64,000 nt of DNA from Cenarchaeum sp. (lineage in GTDB: Archaea > Thermoproteota > Nitrososphaeria > Nitrososphaerales > Nitrosopumilaceae). Shown here one piece after another: positions 47,656 through 57,796 of the stretch. Positions within the stretch are counted from its first letter, which is position 1. Every line of letters starts with the position of its first letter. Location of the stretch: the NCBI GenBank assembly GCA_965242695.1, contig CBDESU010000001.1, positions 1,728,001-1,792,000 of the forward strand. The letters run 5' to 3'. The translations under genes and the position numbers were made by a program. The notes under the pieces were generated by a model. That model made no database searches, was not told the DNA's origin, and saw only the letters and a list, made by a program, of their open reading frames with translations.

Positions 47656-47932
47656 CGCCCATGCGGCCGCGCGCGGGGATTTAATGGTAGTGAGCGGCGG
47701 CCGCGGAGGCGGGCCGGGGAGAGGGGCGGCAGGGGCCGGCGGGCGGTCCCGGTGCGGACGCGCGCAGGCCCGTGCCCGGGCAGCCGGGCGGCGATGCGGC
47801 TGGGGCCAGGCGAGGCCGCCCGCGCGGCGGGGGCCAGGTGGCGGTGCAGGCAGGGGTGGGGGCGGCAGGGGCGCGATCCGGGCGGCGTCCGCGCTCCAAA
47901 CGATTAAGTATTTGCGGCCGGCTTGCGCGCCC

Positions 47933-48775
47933 GTGAGCAACTGGGATCTGATGATGCCGGGCATGGGGCTTACATCAATCGGCCTGGCAGGCGTCGTCAT
48001 ATCCTACGCAGGGATAGCCCACACGTTCATCGACGGCATGCACGCCTTGACCGGCCTGACCATGTTCATCGGGCTGATCTTCCTGTCGGCCGGCATCCTA
48101 GAGGGCGGCGTCTCGACGAGCAACCGCGCAAAGGCGACCGTCCTCGTCGTCCTGGCCATCTCGCTGTCGTTCGGGGCCGCGGCCCTCGTGTACAACACGA
48201 TCAGCACCGTGCCGACGTTTGCCGCCGTCATGATGATACTCGCCACGCCTGCCATCGTCATGGCGTACCTGGCCACCAAGATGCCGCAGTACCTCAGGCC
48301 GGTCGGACTCATATTCGCACTGGCCGCCGTGGCAGGCGTCTCGTCGTTCGTCGCCTTCGGCCTGGTCGGCCCCGACACGTACCTGATCGCAGAGCCCGAG
48401 CCAGAGGCAGAGGAAGAGCCCGACGGGGCCCCGCCTGAGGGCGCCGAGTCGGTGCAGATATCGATACTGGAAGGCTCCGACCAGGTGGACGCGCCCGACT
48501 TTGACCCCGACGAGGCGTCCGTCGAGCGCGGGACGTTCGTGGTATGGGCCAACGACGATGCCGTGATGCACACGGTGACGAGCCAGGACGACGGCGGCGC
48601 GGCATTCGACTCGGGATTAGTCGAGGCCGGCGCAGAGTTCGCCGTCGACACGTCGGGCCTCGATCCCGGCGACTACCCGTACTACTGCATTGTCCACCCG
48701 TGGATGACGTCCGTGCTCACCGTGACCGAGGCGGCCGATGCGGGCGAGGAATTCTCGCCCGATGCGGAAGGGTAG
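47933..48775 (+). CDS. Membrane protein with C-terminal plastocyanin-like blue copper domain
   Basis: About 5 TM helices, then WANDD..MHTVT...YPYYCIVHPWM. Confidence 0.9.
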   Translation: MSNWDLMMPGMGLTSIGLAGVVISYAGIAHTFIDGMHALTGLTMFIGLIFLSAGILEGGVSTSNRAKATVLVVLAISLSFGAAALVYNTISTVPTFAAVMMILATPAIVMAYLATKMPQYLRPVGLIFALAAVAGVSSFVAFGLVGPDTYLIAEPEPEAEEEPDGAPPEGAESVQISILEGSDQVDAPDFDPDEASVERGTFVVWANDDAVMHTVTSQDDGGAAFDSGLVEAGAEFAVDTSGLDPGDYPYYCIVHPWMTSVLTVTEAADAGEEFSPDAEG

Positions 48776-48779
48776 CGCC

Positions 48780-49226
48780 TTGGCGGCCCGCCTGCCGCCG
48801 TCCGTGTCGATGGGGCGCGGGCTGCTCGACAACCTGGCCCGGCATGCAAGGCTGGAAGAGCCGCGCGAGTCGTGCGCCCTCCTGCTCGGCAGCCCCGTCG
48901 CAGAGGGAGAGTCCGTCGCAGTCAGCGGGGCGCTGCCCGTCACCAACGCCTCGGAGACGCCCGAGACGGCATTCGACGTGCCAAGCGACGAGCTGATCGG
49001 CGCGTACAAGAGGGCAGAGGACAGCGGGCTGGCCATAGTCGGCATATTCCACTCGCATCCCACGTCCAGGGCCGCGCCGTCCGAGACGGACAGGCGCATG
49101 ATGCTGATCAACCCCGTCGTGTGGGTCATCTACTCGATCCGCGACGGCAATGCGAGGGCGTACGCGATCGACTGCGGCGCGGGCGGAGACGGGAGCGCCG
49201 CAGAGATAAGGCTGGAGACGGACTAG
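48780..49226 (+). CDS. JAMM/MPN+ metalloprotease
   Basis: PRESCALLLG, GIFHSHP....PSETD. Confidence 0.92.
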   Translation: MAARLPPSVSMGRGLLDNLARHARLEEPRESCALLLGSPVAEGESVAVSGALPVTNASETPETAFDVPSDELIGAYKRAEDSGLAIVGIFHSHPTSRAAPSETDRRMMLINPVVWVIYSIRDGNARAYAIDCGAGGDGSAAEIRLETD

Positions 49227-49349
49227 CCGGCGCGATCGCCCCGGCGCCCGGCGCGCGGATCGCGCGCGGGGGAGAGGGGGCGCGCGCCCCAGTCCACGCC
49301 CATGTAGCGATCGGCGTGGGTTAAATATCCCGCGCCGCGGCCCCCGCGC

Positions 49350-49610
49350 ATGGAAATCCACGTGTACGACACGTACGTCAAGGCCAAGGATGGGCACACC
49401 ATGCACTTTGACGTGATCACCAACGTAAAGGACCACGGCAAGGCCATCGAGTACGGCAAGGAGTGGCTCGCCGGCATCGGCGAGGCAGATGCCACCATGA
49501 CGCAGAACGAATGCCAGTTCTGCCACAGCCAGGGCGCGCCCGATCACGTACAAAAGGACATCAACGAAAAGGGATACTTCATCCAAAAGATGGAAGGCTG
49601 CCCCCAGTAG
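49350..49610 (+). CDS. DUF2024 family protein
   Basis: VYDTYV...MHFDV, ECQFCHS, GYFIQKMEGC. Confidence 0.85.
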   Translation: MEIHVYDTYVKAKDGHTMHFDVITNVKDHGKAIEYGKEWLAGIGEADATMTQNECQFCHSQGAPDHVQKDINEKGYFIQKMEGCPQ

Positions 49611-49732
49611 CAGGCATCCCGATCTTTTCACTATTTTGGCGCTGGCGGCGGCGCCCGTTGCCGCCCGCGCCGGCCGCCCAGGGGCGCGGCCGGAGGCCAA
49701 CGCTTTTACAAGGCGCGCGCGCCGGCTGCCGC

Positions 49733-49978
49733 GTGGACAGGAACCGCTACTCGAGGATGACGATCGAGGGGGACAAGAAGACCGAGTGGATATGCGGCTG
49801 CTTCCTGACCGGGGACGACTACTTCAAGTTCTGCCAGAGGCACAACGAGTCGCTCAAAAAGGCCGTGCTGGCCCAGATAGACGAGCTCGACATGACAATG
49901 GTCGTGGCGGAGGGCAGGGCGCACGGCGCGCCGGCCGCCGGCGGCGGCGGGGACGGCGCTGCGGCGGCGGGCGCATAG
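49733..49978 (+). CDS. Small hypothetical protein
   Basis: WICGC...FCQRH; coding-like. Confidence 0.6.
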   Translation: MDRNRYSRMTIEGDKKTEWICGCFLTGDDYFKFCQRHNESLKKAVLAQIDELDMTMVVAEGRAHGAPAAGGGGDGAAAAGA

Positions 49979-50162
49979 CCCGCGCATCGTTCGATCCCAG
50001 GGCGATCGCGCCGCGCGCCCGGCGGCCCGCATCGGGGCGCTCCGCGCACCCGCCGGCGCCGGATGCGCCCGGGGCAGGCCGCGCCCCCGATGGCCAGGCC
50101 GGCATCAAGTGATCGAGTCGTGCAGGGGAGCGGCTGGCATGGGCCGCCGCGGCGCCTGGCTG

Positions 50163-52202
50163 CTAGAGTACGAGCACGGCGACGAACGCAGAGACGAACA
50201 CGATCGCTATCGTGTTGAGGAGCTTTATGACCGTGTTCAGGGCGGGCCCCGCCGTGTCCTTGTACGGGTCCCCGATGATGTCTCCGACGACGGCGACCTT
50301 GTGCTCCTCGGACCCCTTTTGCCCGCGCATCTCTACGAGCTTTTTCGCGTTGTCCCACGCGCCGCCCGTGTTTGCAAGGTGGTACGCCAGGAATATCCCC
50401 GTGACGACGGATCCCATTAGGAGCCCGGCGACGGCGGTCGGGCCGAGGACGACCCCGAGTATTATCGGCGATATGATCGCGACGAGCGCCGGCTTCCACA
50501 GCTCCCTGATCGAGGCGGCCGTCGCAATGTCGACGCAGCGCGCGTAGTCGGGCTTGGACTTGCCCGTGAGTATCCCCGCATTCTCGCGGAACTGCCTGCG
50601 CACCTCGTCGACCATGCGGCCGGCCGCGCGCGAGACGCCGTCGATGAGCTGCCCCGTGATTATGAACGGGATGAGGCCGCCGACGAGCAGCCCGACGATG
50701 ACGGCGGGGTTCGTGAGGCCGTAGTCCAGGTCGAGCACGCCCGCGAATACGTGGGCCGCCTCGAACTGGAACGCCTGGATCATGGCCAGGGCCGCGAGGG
50801 CCGCGCTTGCGATCGCAAAGCCCTTTGTGACGGCCTTTGTCGTGTTGCCGACCGCGTCGATCTCGTCAGTGACGCGCCTGTTCTCCTCGCCCATGCCGGT
50901 CATCTCGACGATCCCGCCGGCGTTGTCGGCGATCGGGCCGAACGCGTCTATGCTCAGGACGATCCCCGCCAGGCTCAGCATCGCCATCGCCGTAAGCGAC
51001 GTGCCGAATATGCCGTACAGGACGGGATCGGCCCCCTCTGGGGCCGCCGCCGACGAGACGGCGTACGAGACGACGATCGCCGCGACGAGTGCGATCATGA
51101 ACGGCCCCGTGGAGTTGAGGCCCTTTATGATCCCGGTGAGCGTGAGCGAGGCGTAGCCCCACTTTGCAGACTCTGCAATCTCGTTGACCGCGCGGTACTT
51201 GTAGCTCGTGTAGCGGTCGGTGATGCGCTGTATGACTGGCACCAGCACGACGCCGATCACCGTGGATGCGAACAGGCCGATCACCACGGGGCCGTCGCCG
51301 ATGAACACGGTGGCAAAGGCGTAGTTTAGCGCGATCGCAATGGCGGCCGACACGTAGAACGACCGGTTGAGCGGCTTCATCACGTCCGTGATCCCCTTCG
51401 AGCCGACGATGACGACGCCGACGATCGAGGCGATCATGCCGGACGCGCCGACTAGTATGGGGAACAGGAAGAGGCTCGGCGAGCTGATCAGGGCCGCTAT
51501 GAGCAGCGATGCGAGTATGGTCACAATGTACGACTCGTACACGTCCGATCCCATGCCGGCCGCGTCGCCGACGTTGTCGCCGACGTTGTCGGCGATGGTC
51601 GCAGGGTTGCGGGGGTCGTCCTCGGGGATGTTGGCCTCTACCTTGCCGACGAGGTCGGCGCCCATGTCGGCGGCCTTTGTGAATATGCCGCCCCCGATCC
51701 TGATGAACAGCGCGATTAGGCTCGCCCCGATGCCGACGCCGGCTATGACGATGGGGTCCTCGTAGACCATGTAGAGGCCCGTGATGGCCAGCAGGGCCAT
51801 TGCCGGCACGGCAAGGCCCACGGTCGCGCCGCCCCTGAACGCCATGGCGAACGTCTTGCCCAGGCCGCTGCCGCTCAGGTTGGCGGCCCGCACGGCGGCC
51901 TTTACCGTGATCTTTAGCGATATGAGGCCGGCCACGGCCGAGAGGGTGGCGCCGACGGCAAACGCAATGCCGTTGGACGGCTGCAGGAAGGCGCCGATGA
52001 TGACGGCCAGGCCGACGGCGACGGGTATGATGATCTTCATCTCGCGCTTGAGGAACGCGGCGGCGCCGACGCGCACCGCGTTGGACAGCTCTAGCATCTG
52101 GGGCGTGCCCGCCGGCTGGCGCGTTATCCACGCGGCCAGTGCCGCTGCGACCAGGAATGAGGCAATGCCTGCGCCGATAGGCAGTGCCTGCGCTGCGTCC
52201 AT
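50163..52202 (-). CDS. hppA: Membrane-bound pyrophosphatase, likely K+-independent H+-PPase
   Basis: GGGIFTKAADMGADLVGKVE, DNVGDNVGD, GNTTKAVTKG (Lys determinant), GDPYKDTAGP. Confidence 0.95.
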   Translation of the reverse strand: MDAAQALPIGAGIASFLVAAALAAWITRQPAGTPQMLELSNAVRVGAAAFLKREMKIIIPVAVGLAVIIGAFLQPSNGIAFAVGATLSAVAGLISLKITVKAAVRAANLSGSGLGKTFAMAFRGGATVGLAVPAMALLAITGLYMVYEDPIVIAGVGIGASLIALFIRIGGGIFTKAADMGADLVGKVEANIPEDDPRNPATIADNVGDNVGDAAGMGSDVYESYIVTILASLLIAALISSPSLFLFPILVGASGMIASIVGVVIVGSKGITDVMKPLNRSFYVSAAIAIALNYAFATVFIGDGPVVIGLFASTVIGVVLVPVIQRITDRYTSYKYRAVNEIAESAKWGYASLTLTGIIKGLNSTGPFMIALVAAIVVSYAVSSAAAPEGADPVLYGIFGTSLTAMAMLSLAGIVLSIDAFGPIADNAGGIVEMTGMGEENRRVTDEIDAVGNTTKAVTKGFAIASAALAALAMIQAFQFEAAHVFAGVLDLDYGLTNPAVIVGLLVGGLIPFIITGQLIDGVSRAAGRMVDEVRRQFRENAGILTGKSKPDYARCVDIATAASIRELWKPALVAIISPIILGVVLGPTAVAGLLMGSVVTGIFLAYHLANTGGAWDNAKKLVEMRGQKGSEEHKVAVVGDIIGDPYKDTAGPALNTVIKLLNTIAIVFVSAFVAVLVL

Positions 52203-52707
52203 TGACGCGCGCGCCGCCGCCGCGGGAAATATAAATCGTGGAAGGTCGGATCCGGTTGGATCGAGGATTTTGGCAGGGGCGCGGCAGGATGCGGCAGGCG
52301 TCGCCGCCCTGCCCGCGCCTCCTGCTAGGGCAGGGGGGTCGCATCCCCGTCCCGCCCGCTGCCGCCAGGCGCGCTTGCCGTCGTCCGATGGCAGTAGCAA
52401 GCATCGCACGGGGCCAGACACGATGGCCCCTGCCGCCAGGCGCGCGCGGCGCCGTCGGGCGCGGGCAGGGCAGGGCAGGGCTCCCGGCGCGGCTCGGACG
52501 GGGGCGGGCCACGCGCGGCATGCCGCTGCCGGCGGGGCGCTGCAGGCCGGGGCGCGGCAGGCAGCCGCCGCCAGAGGGCTTGCCCTGCCAGGCGGCATGG
52601 CATGCAGGGGGAGGAGAACCCAAGGGGAGAGGGCGGGCAGGGCATAATTTTCGCGCAGGCGGCTCGCCGGCGGCAGGCCTTAAATCGCAGCCTAGCGGTC
52701 GAGGCGC

Positions 52708-53061
52708 ATGGAGACCGCCCCGATCTTTGAGATCGCCACGAGGAACCTCGACGCGGACGCGCCGGCCGTCAGGGGCGTGCTGGCCGACATGGGCGCGCTG
52801 GTCCACCGCGCCGACGGCTTTGTCCTGGACGAAGAGGCCCAGATGGCAATGGGGTGGTGGTTCTTCAAGGTGAGCGCCGATCCCGGCTTTGTCAGGCAGC
52901 TGGTGGATCACCTCGGGGCGGCCGACCCGCGGGCGCGCGGCTCTAGGGGCCTCCTCGATGCGCTTGAGCGAAGGCTCGAAGAGTCCGGGTGCGGGGCGAG
53001 GGCAAGGCTGCACGGGGACAGGTCGATCATGCAGAGGTACTGGTCGTGGCTGATGAGATAG
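52708..53061 (+). CDS. Hypothetical protein
   Basis: Coding-like ORF; ttaaat box upstream. Confidence 0.65.
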   Translation: METAPIFEIATRNLDADAPAVRGVLADMGALVHRADGFVLDEEAQMAMGWWFFKVSADPGFVRQLVDHLGAADPRARGSRGLLDALERRLEESGCGARARLHGDRSIMQRYWSWLMR

Positions 53062-53184
53062 GCGCGCGCGGCGGGGGCGCCGCGCCTCGGCTGAGGGGCG
53101 CATTGGAGCGTCCTAGGCGCGCATCGCCGCGCGTGGCGGGCGGCCCGGCCTCGCCCAGCCGCGCCTAGGGGCCCGCCGGCTCCG

Positions 53185-53592
53185 CTACCGGCCGCGCCCG
53201 CGGCGCCGCCGGCGCCGCCTGCCCCGCTGCGGGCCGCGCCTCTTGTACGGCGCAAACCGCTTTCCGGCAACCACGTCGGCCACCAGCCGGTCGAACCGCC
53301 TGCCGTGGCTCATGTACGGGAACCTGACATGGACCATCTCGTGGGCGATCGTATCGACCAGTATCCGCTCGCTGGGAATCTTGCGGACGTTGATGAAGAC
53401 GATGTTGCTCTCTAGGTAGGACACGCCGTAGTACTTGTACGCGGACGTCCGCCTGCCGGCCGTCAGCTCGCGCGGCATGTCGAGCACCTCGCGCGTCGTG
53501 AGCAGCACCCTCGGCTCGGCAACGGAGAGCCGGGCGGCGTACACGCCGACCGCCTCGAGTATGCGCAGGCGCGTGTCGTCGTCGAGCTTCAC
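53185..53592 (-). CDS. Putative zincin metallopeptidase-like protein
   Basis: TIAHEMVH...HGRRF. Confidence 0.75.
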   Translation of the reverse strand: MKLDDDTRLRILEAVGVYAARLSVAEPRVLLTTREVLDMPRELTAGRRTSAYKYYGVSYLESNIVFINVRKIPSERILVDTIAHEMVHVRFPYMSHGRRFDRLVADVVAGKRFAPYKRRGPQRGRRRRRRRGRGR

Positions 53593-53696
53593 GGCCAGCG
53601 TCGCCCCGCCGCCGTAAAAGGCCCCGTGTCAAACTTTGCAGATAACTTGTCAAGTCGCGTTGATTTGGGGTCAGAGGTGTGCGTCGCAATCATCCG

Positions 53697-54248
53697 TCAT
53701 CCAGCCACCGTCTCATCATGCCCCGCCGCCATGCGCTCCAGCACCGATTTAGCCCTATGCCTCGCGTCCGGGCCGGCGCGCACGACCACGATGCCCTCGC
53801 CCGGCTGGCCGTACATGACGGCGGCCCCGTCGGGGGCGTGGATGCAGGCGGGGACGACGAGCAGGTCCTCCTCGCCGTCGACCTCGATGCGCGACGGGCG
53901 CAGGGGCGGGGCGAGGAGCCGGCGCACCAGGTCGGCGCATTCGGTGCAGATGCCGCCGGCCCTGTTCTCGCACCTGGCAAGGCGGCGGGCCCCTGACGCG
54001 GCCGGCGGGCGCCCGCGCCCTGCGCGCCGCAGCCGCCCCTCGATCCCGTCGACTACCTCCAGGACGGGCGCGATCCCAAGTGCCGAGGCCCGCTCGGACG
54101 TCGCATCGCCGACGGTTACGACGGGCGGCGCGGCGCCGGGCAGTCCGCGCAGCAGCTCGGCCCGCGTGACCGACGCGTCCGGCACGAGGCGGCCCATGGG
54201 GCGCTTCAGCTCGGCCCGCATGCGCACGGGCAGCGGCAGGAACGCCAA
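53697..54248 (-). CDS. DUF359 GTP-dependent dephospho-CoA kinase
   Basis: ELKRPMG, TVGDAT, VDGEEDLL, YGQPGEG; start approximate. Confidence 0.88.
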   Translation of the reverse strand: MAFLPLPVRMRAELKRPMGRLVPDASVTRAELLRGLPGAAPPVVTVGDATSERASALGIAPVLEVVDGIEGRLRRAGRGRPPAASGARRLARCENRAGGICTECADLVRRLLAPPLRPSRIEVDGEEDLLVVPACIHAPDGAAVMYGQPGEGIVVVRAGPDARHRAKSVLERMAAGHDETVAG

Positions 54249-54256
54249 GGTGCGGC

Positions 54257-55471
54257 TCAGCTTCCGCCCGCAGGCGGCGGCGCTGCCGTGGGAGGCGGCG
54301 GGGGAGGCTGCTGCGGCCGGGCCTCCGCTGCCGCCGTGCCGGGGGAGGCTGGCGGCTCGCCGGCGGCCGAGGCGGCAGAGGCGGCGCCGTCGCCGTCCCC
54401 AGAGGCGTCCGACTCTTCGCGCAGCTTGGCCGCCGCAATGCTGCACTGCGCGGCAATGTTCCGCGCCGCAGACCTGAACGCATCGGCGCTGGCCGACGAC
54501 GGATCGCTGGCCATGACCGGCCTGCCCGAGTCGGATCCCGACATTATGCCCGCGTTGAGCGGCACCTCGCCGACGAACGGCACGCCGAACTCTTCGCTGA
54601 TCCTCTTGGCCCCGCCCTGCCCGAACACGTAGTGGAGCTCGTCGCACTTTGGGCACGTAAACGAGCTCATGTTCTCGACGACGCCCAGGATGGGCACGTT
54701 CAGGGTGCTGAACATCCCGATGGCCTTTACGGCCACGTTGCTTGCAACGTCCTGCGGCGTCGTCACGACCAGTATGCCCGTGATGGGTATGGTCTGTGCG
54801 AGCGTCAGCGGTATGTCGCCCGTTCCCGGCGGGAGGTCTACGATGAGGTAGTCCAGGTCCTCCCAGGCCGTGTCGACGAGAAACTGCCGCAGAATGCCCG
54901 ATATTATGGGGCCGCGGTAGATTGCCGCCTTTGCGGCCTGGTCGGCAAAGAACCCGAACGAGATCACCTTTATGCCGGCGTGGTCCGCCGGCTGGAGCTT
55001 GTTGTCCTCGACCTGGAGCGCGCCGTCCTTGATTCCCAGCATGAGCGGTATGCTCGGCCCGTAGATGTCCGCGTCGAGCAGGCCCACCTTTGCCCCCTCC
55101 TGCGAGAGCGCCAATGCGAGGTTGAGCGACACGGTCGACTTGCCGACGCCGCCCTTGCCGCTGGCCACCGCGATTATGTTGCGCACCGTCGACAGGCTCG
55201 TGTCGTCGTCGAGCGAGCGGCCCTCCATCACCTTGGCCGTCACGTTCATGTCAAGGTTGTCGATGCCGTCGAGCTCGCCGACGGCCCTGCGCACGTCCGC
55301 CTCGATCTCGTCGTTGAACGGGCATGCGGGCGTCGTGAGCTCGAGCGTGAACTTTAGGTCGCCGCCGTCCAGCTCTAGGTCCTTTATCATCCCCATCGAG
55401 ACGATGTCCTTTTTCAGGTCCGGGTCGATCACGGTGCTGAGCTTGTCTAGGACCTGGTCGATTGCGGGCAC
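54257..55471 (-). CDS. mrp: Mrp/NBP35 Fe-S carrier ATPase
   Basis: LTTPACP, SGKGGVGKST, DADIYGPS, DLPPGTGD, ENMS.F.CPKC. Confidence 0.95.
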   Translation of the reverse strand: MPAIDQVLDKLSTVIDPDLKKDIVSMGMIKDLELDGGDLKFTLELTTPACPFNDEIEADVRRAVGELDGIDNLDMNVTAKVMEGRSLDDDTSLSTVRNIIAVASGKGGVGKSTVSLNLALALSQEGAKVGLLDADIYGPSIPLMLGIKDGALQVEDNKLQPADHAGIKVISFGFFADQAAKAAIYRGPIISGILRQFLVDTAWEDLDYLIVDLPPGTGDIPLTLAQTIPITGILVVTTPQDVASNVAVKAIGMFSTLNVPILGVVENMSSFTCPKCDELHYVFGQGGAKRISEEFGVPFVGEVPLNAGIMSGSDSGRPVMASDPSSASADAFRSAARNIAAQCSIAAAKLREESDASGDGDGAASAASAAGEPPASPGTAAAEARPQQPPPPPPTAAPPPAGGS

Positions 55472-55998
55472 GCGGCGGCGCCTTGATCTCGGTATTTAAA
55501 ACATGGTCGGAGTGCCCCTGCATGGCGGGGATCCATGCCGCGCCGCGCGTGCAGGACCGCCCCCGCATGCAGGCCAAATGGCGGCCCGGTCCACGCATGC
55601 CGGCGGCGCAGGCGGGGCGCAGGGCCACCTCCCCCCCTCCTGCCGCCCGCCGGCCCGCCAGACAGCAGGGCCGTTTGCATCGCCGGACAGCCCTGCCCGG
55701 GGCCGGCCCTATGCCCTGCGCGGGCGCCCCTGACATCAGGGTCGTTCGCATCGTCGGACAGCCCTGCAGCCGGCGCGGGCGGGGCGCAGAGCCCCCTCTC
55801 CCAGATCGACCCGTCCAGACCAAAGAGCCTGGACGAGGCAGCCGGCGCGGGCGGGGCGCAGGGCCCCCTCCCCTGCCGGCCCAGTGCGCCCGGCCGGCCC
55901 CCCCCCCCCCCTAGGCGCGGTCAGGCGCGGGCCGGCGACGGCGGCCCCCTCCGGCCCACGCCAAAGGTTCATAAAATCGGGCAGGGGCGCCCGGCCGG

Positions 55999-56646
55999 TT
56001 GTTTTCAATATCCAGCCTGGCAGACGTGGTGAGGATCCCCCCCAAGATGTTCGGCACGACCCTCAGGAAGGCGGCCATCGACATACTCAAGGAAAAGTAC
56101 GAGAGCATGATCAACGCCGAGCTCGGCTACATCATCATGATCCTTGACGCGAGGGTCGAGGAGATGGGCAAGATGGTCGCCGGCGACGGCAGCACGTTCC
56201 ACAGGGTAGAGTTCGACGCGCTCACGTTCTACCCAAAGCTGCAAGAGATCGTCAACGGCGAGATCGTCGACATTACCGACTTTGGGGCGTTCGTCAGGAT
56301 AGGCCCCACCGACGCCCTGCTGCACCTCTCGCAGGTCATGGACGACTACCTCAAGAGCGACGTAAAGTCGGGCATCATAATCGCCAGCCAGAGCGGCCGC
56401 ACCCTAAAGGTCGGCTCTACGCTGCGCTCTAGGATCACGGCCGTCTCGCTCGGCAAGGGCGCCTCGATGGGCAAGATCGGCATCACCTGCCGGCAGCCGC
56501 ACCTGGGCACCGACGACTGGATCGCAGAGGGCCTCAAGGCCGCCGCCGGGGGCGGCAAGGGCGGCTCGGCGGACGGGGCCGACGCCGCAGGCGGAGGCAA
56601 GGGCAAGGCCAAGAAGCCCTCTGGCGGCAAGGGGAAGGAGGGGTAG
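55999..56646 (+). CDS. rpoE1: DNA-directed RNA polymerase subunit E' (Rpo7)
   Basis: DVVRIPP, GDGSTFH, FGAFVRIGPTDALLHLSQVMDD. Confidence 0.96.
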   Translation: MFSISSLADVVRIPPKMFGTTLRKAAIDILKEKYESMINAELGYIIMILDARVEEMGKMVAGDGSTFHRVEFDALTFYPKLQEIVNGEIVDITDFGAFVRIGPTDALLHLSQVMDDYLKSDVKSGIIIASQSGRTLKVGSTLRSRITAVSLGKGASMGKIGITCRQPHLGTDDWIAEGLKAAAGGGKGGSADGADAAGGGKGKAKKPSGGKGKEG

Positions 56647-56652
56647 CGCAGC

Positions 56653-56841
56653 GTGGCCCGCGAGATGGCATGCCGCAAGTGCAAGTATGTGACGACCGGC
56701 AAGGTGTGCCCCGCGTGCAAGTCGTCCGACCTGACGCCGGACTGGACTGGAATAGTGCTGATCGTCGAGCCGAACGGCTCGCAGATCGCCTCGACCCTCG
56801 GCATTACATCCAAGGGCAAGTACGCCATCAAGGTGACGTGA
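56653..56841 (+). CDS. spt4: Transcription elongation factor Spt4 (RpoE'')
   Basis: ACRKC...CPAC..SDLTPDW.G, GKYAIKV. Confidence 0.95.
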   Translation: MAREMACRKCKYVTTGKVCPACKSSDLTPDWTGIVLIVEPNGSQIASTLGITSKGKYAIKVT

Positions 56842-56845
56842 CGCG

Positions 56846-57796
56846 TTGGCGACTGCCGGGGCAGGCGCGGCGGCGGCAAAGCGGGCCGCGGCGGGGCGCG
56901 ACAGGGACTTGGCGCGGTTCCTTGCAGAGGACTCGGCCGGCCGCGACATTACCGGGTCGCTTGTGCCGAACCTCGCCGCCGAGGCGCGCATCGTATGCGC
57001 CGACGCGGGGCGCATCGTGGTGGCAGGCGCCGCGCATGCCGGCAGGGTGTTTGCCATGCGCGGCTGCCGCGCTAGCGCCGCCGCGCGGGACGGCAGCCGC
57101 GCTAGCGCCGCCGCGCGGGACGGCAGCCGCGCGGGGCCCGGCGCGGCGATCCTCTCGGTGCGCGGCCCCGCAAGGGCCATCCTCGCCTGCGAGAGGACCG
57201 CGCTCAACCTCATGTCCCGCATGAGCGGAATAGCGACGGCGACGGCCGGGATCGTCGAGTCGCTCGAGGGGACCGGCGTCGAGGTGCTCGCCACCCGCAA
57301 GACGGCCCCAGGCCTGAGGCGGTTCGACAAGGAGGCCGTCGAGATCGGCGGCGGCAGGAGGCACCGCATGTCGCTCGGCGATGCCGTCATCATAAAGGAC
57401 AACCACATAGCGGCCGCGGGGCCCGTCGGGGACCTGGTCAGGGCGGCCCGGAAGAGGAGGGCGGCCCGGCGCGGGCGGTGGGAGATCGAGGCAGAGGCCG
57501 AGACCGTGCGCGAGGCCGTAGAGGCGGCCGAGGCCGGCGCCGACGCCGTAATGCTAGACAACTTTGCGCCGCGCAGGGCCGCGGCCGCCGTCGCCGCCCT
57601 GGAAAAGGCCGGCCTCAGGGGGCGCGTCAGGGTCGAGGCGTCCGGCGGGATAACCGCGGCGACTGCCGCGCGCTACGCGGCCGCCGGCGTCGACTCTGTC
57701 TCCGTCGGCACCCTGACGCACTCGGCGCCGGCCGTAGACTACACGCTAGAGATCGCGCAGCGGGCCGGCTCCGCCCCGCCCGGCGGGTCAGCCTAG
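56846..57796 (+). CDS. nadC: Nicotinate-nucleotide pyrophosphorylase (carboxylating)
   Basis: ERTALN, TRKTAPGLR, HRMSL.DAVIIKDNH, MLDNF, EASGGI. Confidence 0.95.
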   Translation: MATAGAGAAAAKRAAAGRDRDLARFLAEDSAGRDITGSLVPNLAAEARIVCADAGRIVVAGAAHAGRVFAMRGCRASAAARDGSRASAAARDGSRAGPGAAILSVRGPARAILACERTALNLMSRMSGIATATAGIVESLEGTGVEVLATRKTAPGLRRFDKEAVEIGGGRRHRMSLGDAVIIKDNHIAAAGPVGDLVRAARKRRAARRGRWEIEAEAETVREAVEAAEAGADAVMLDNFAPRRAAAAVAALEKAGLRGRVRVEASGGITAATAARYAAAGVDSVSVGTLTHSAPAVDYTLEIAQRAGSAPPGGSA

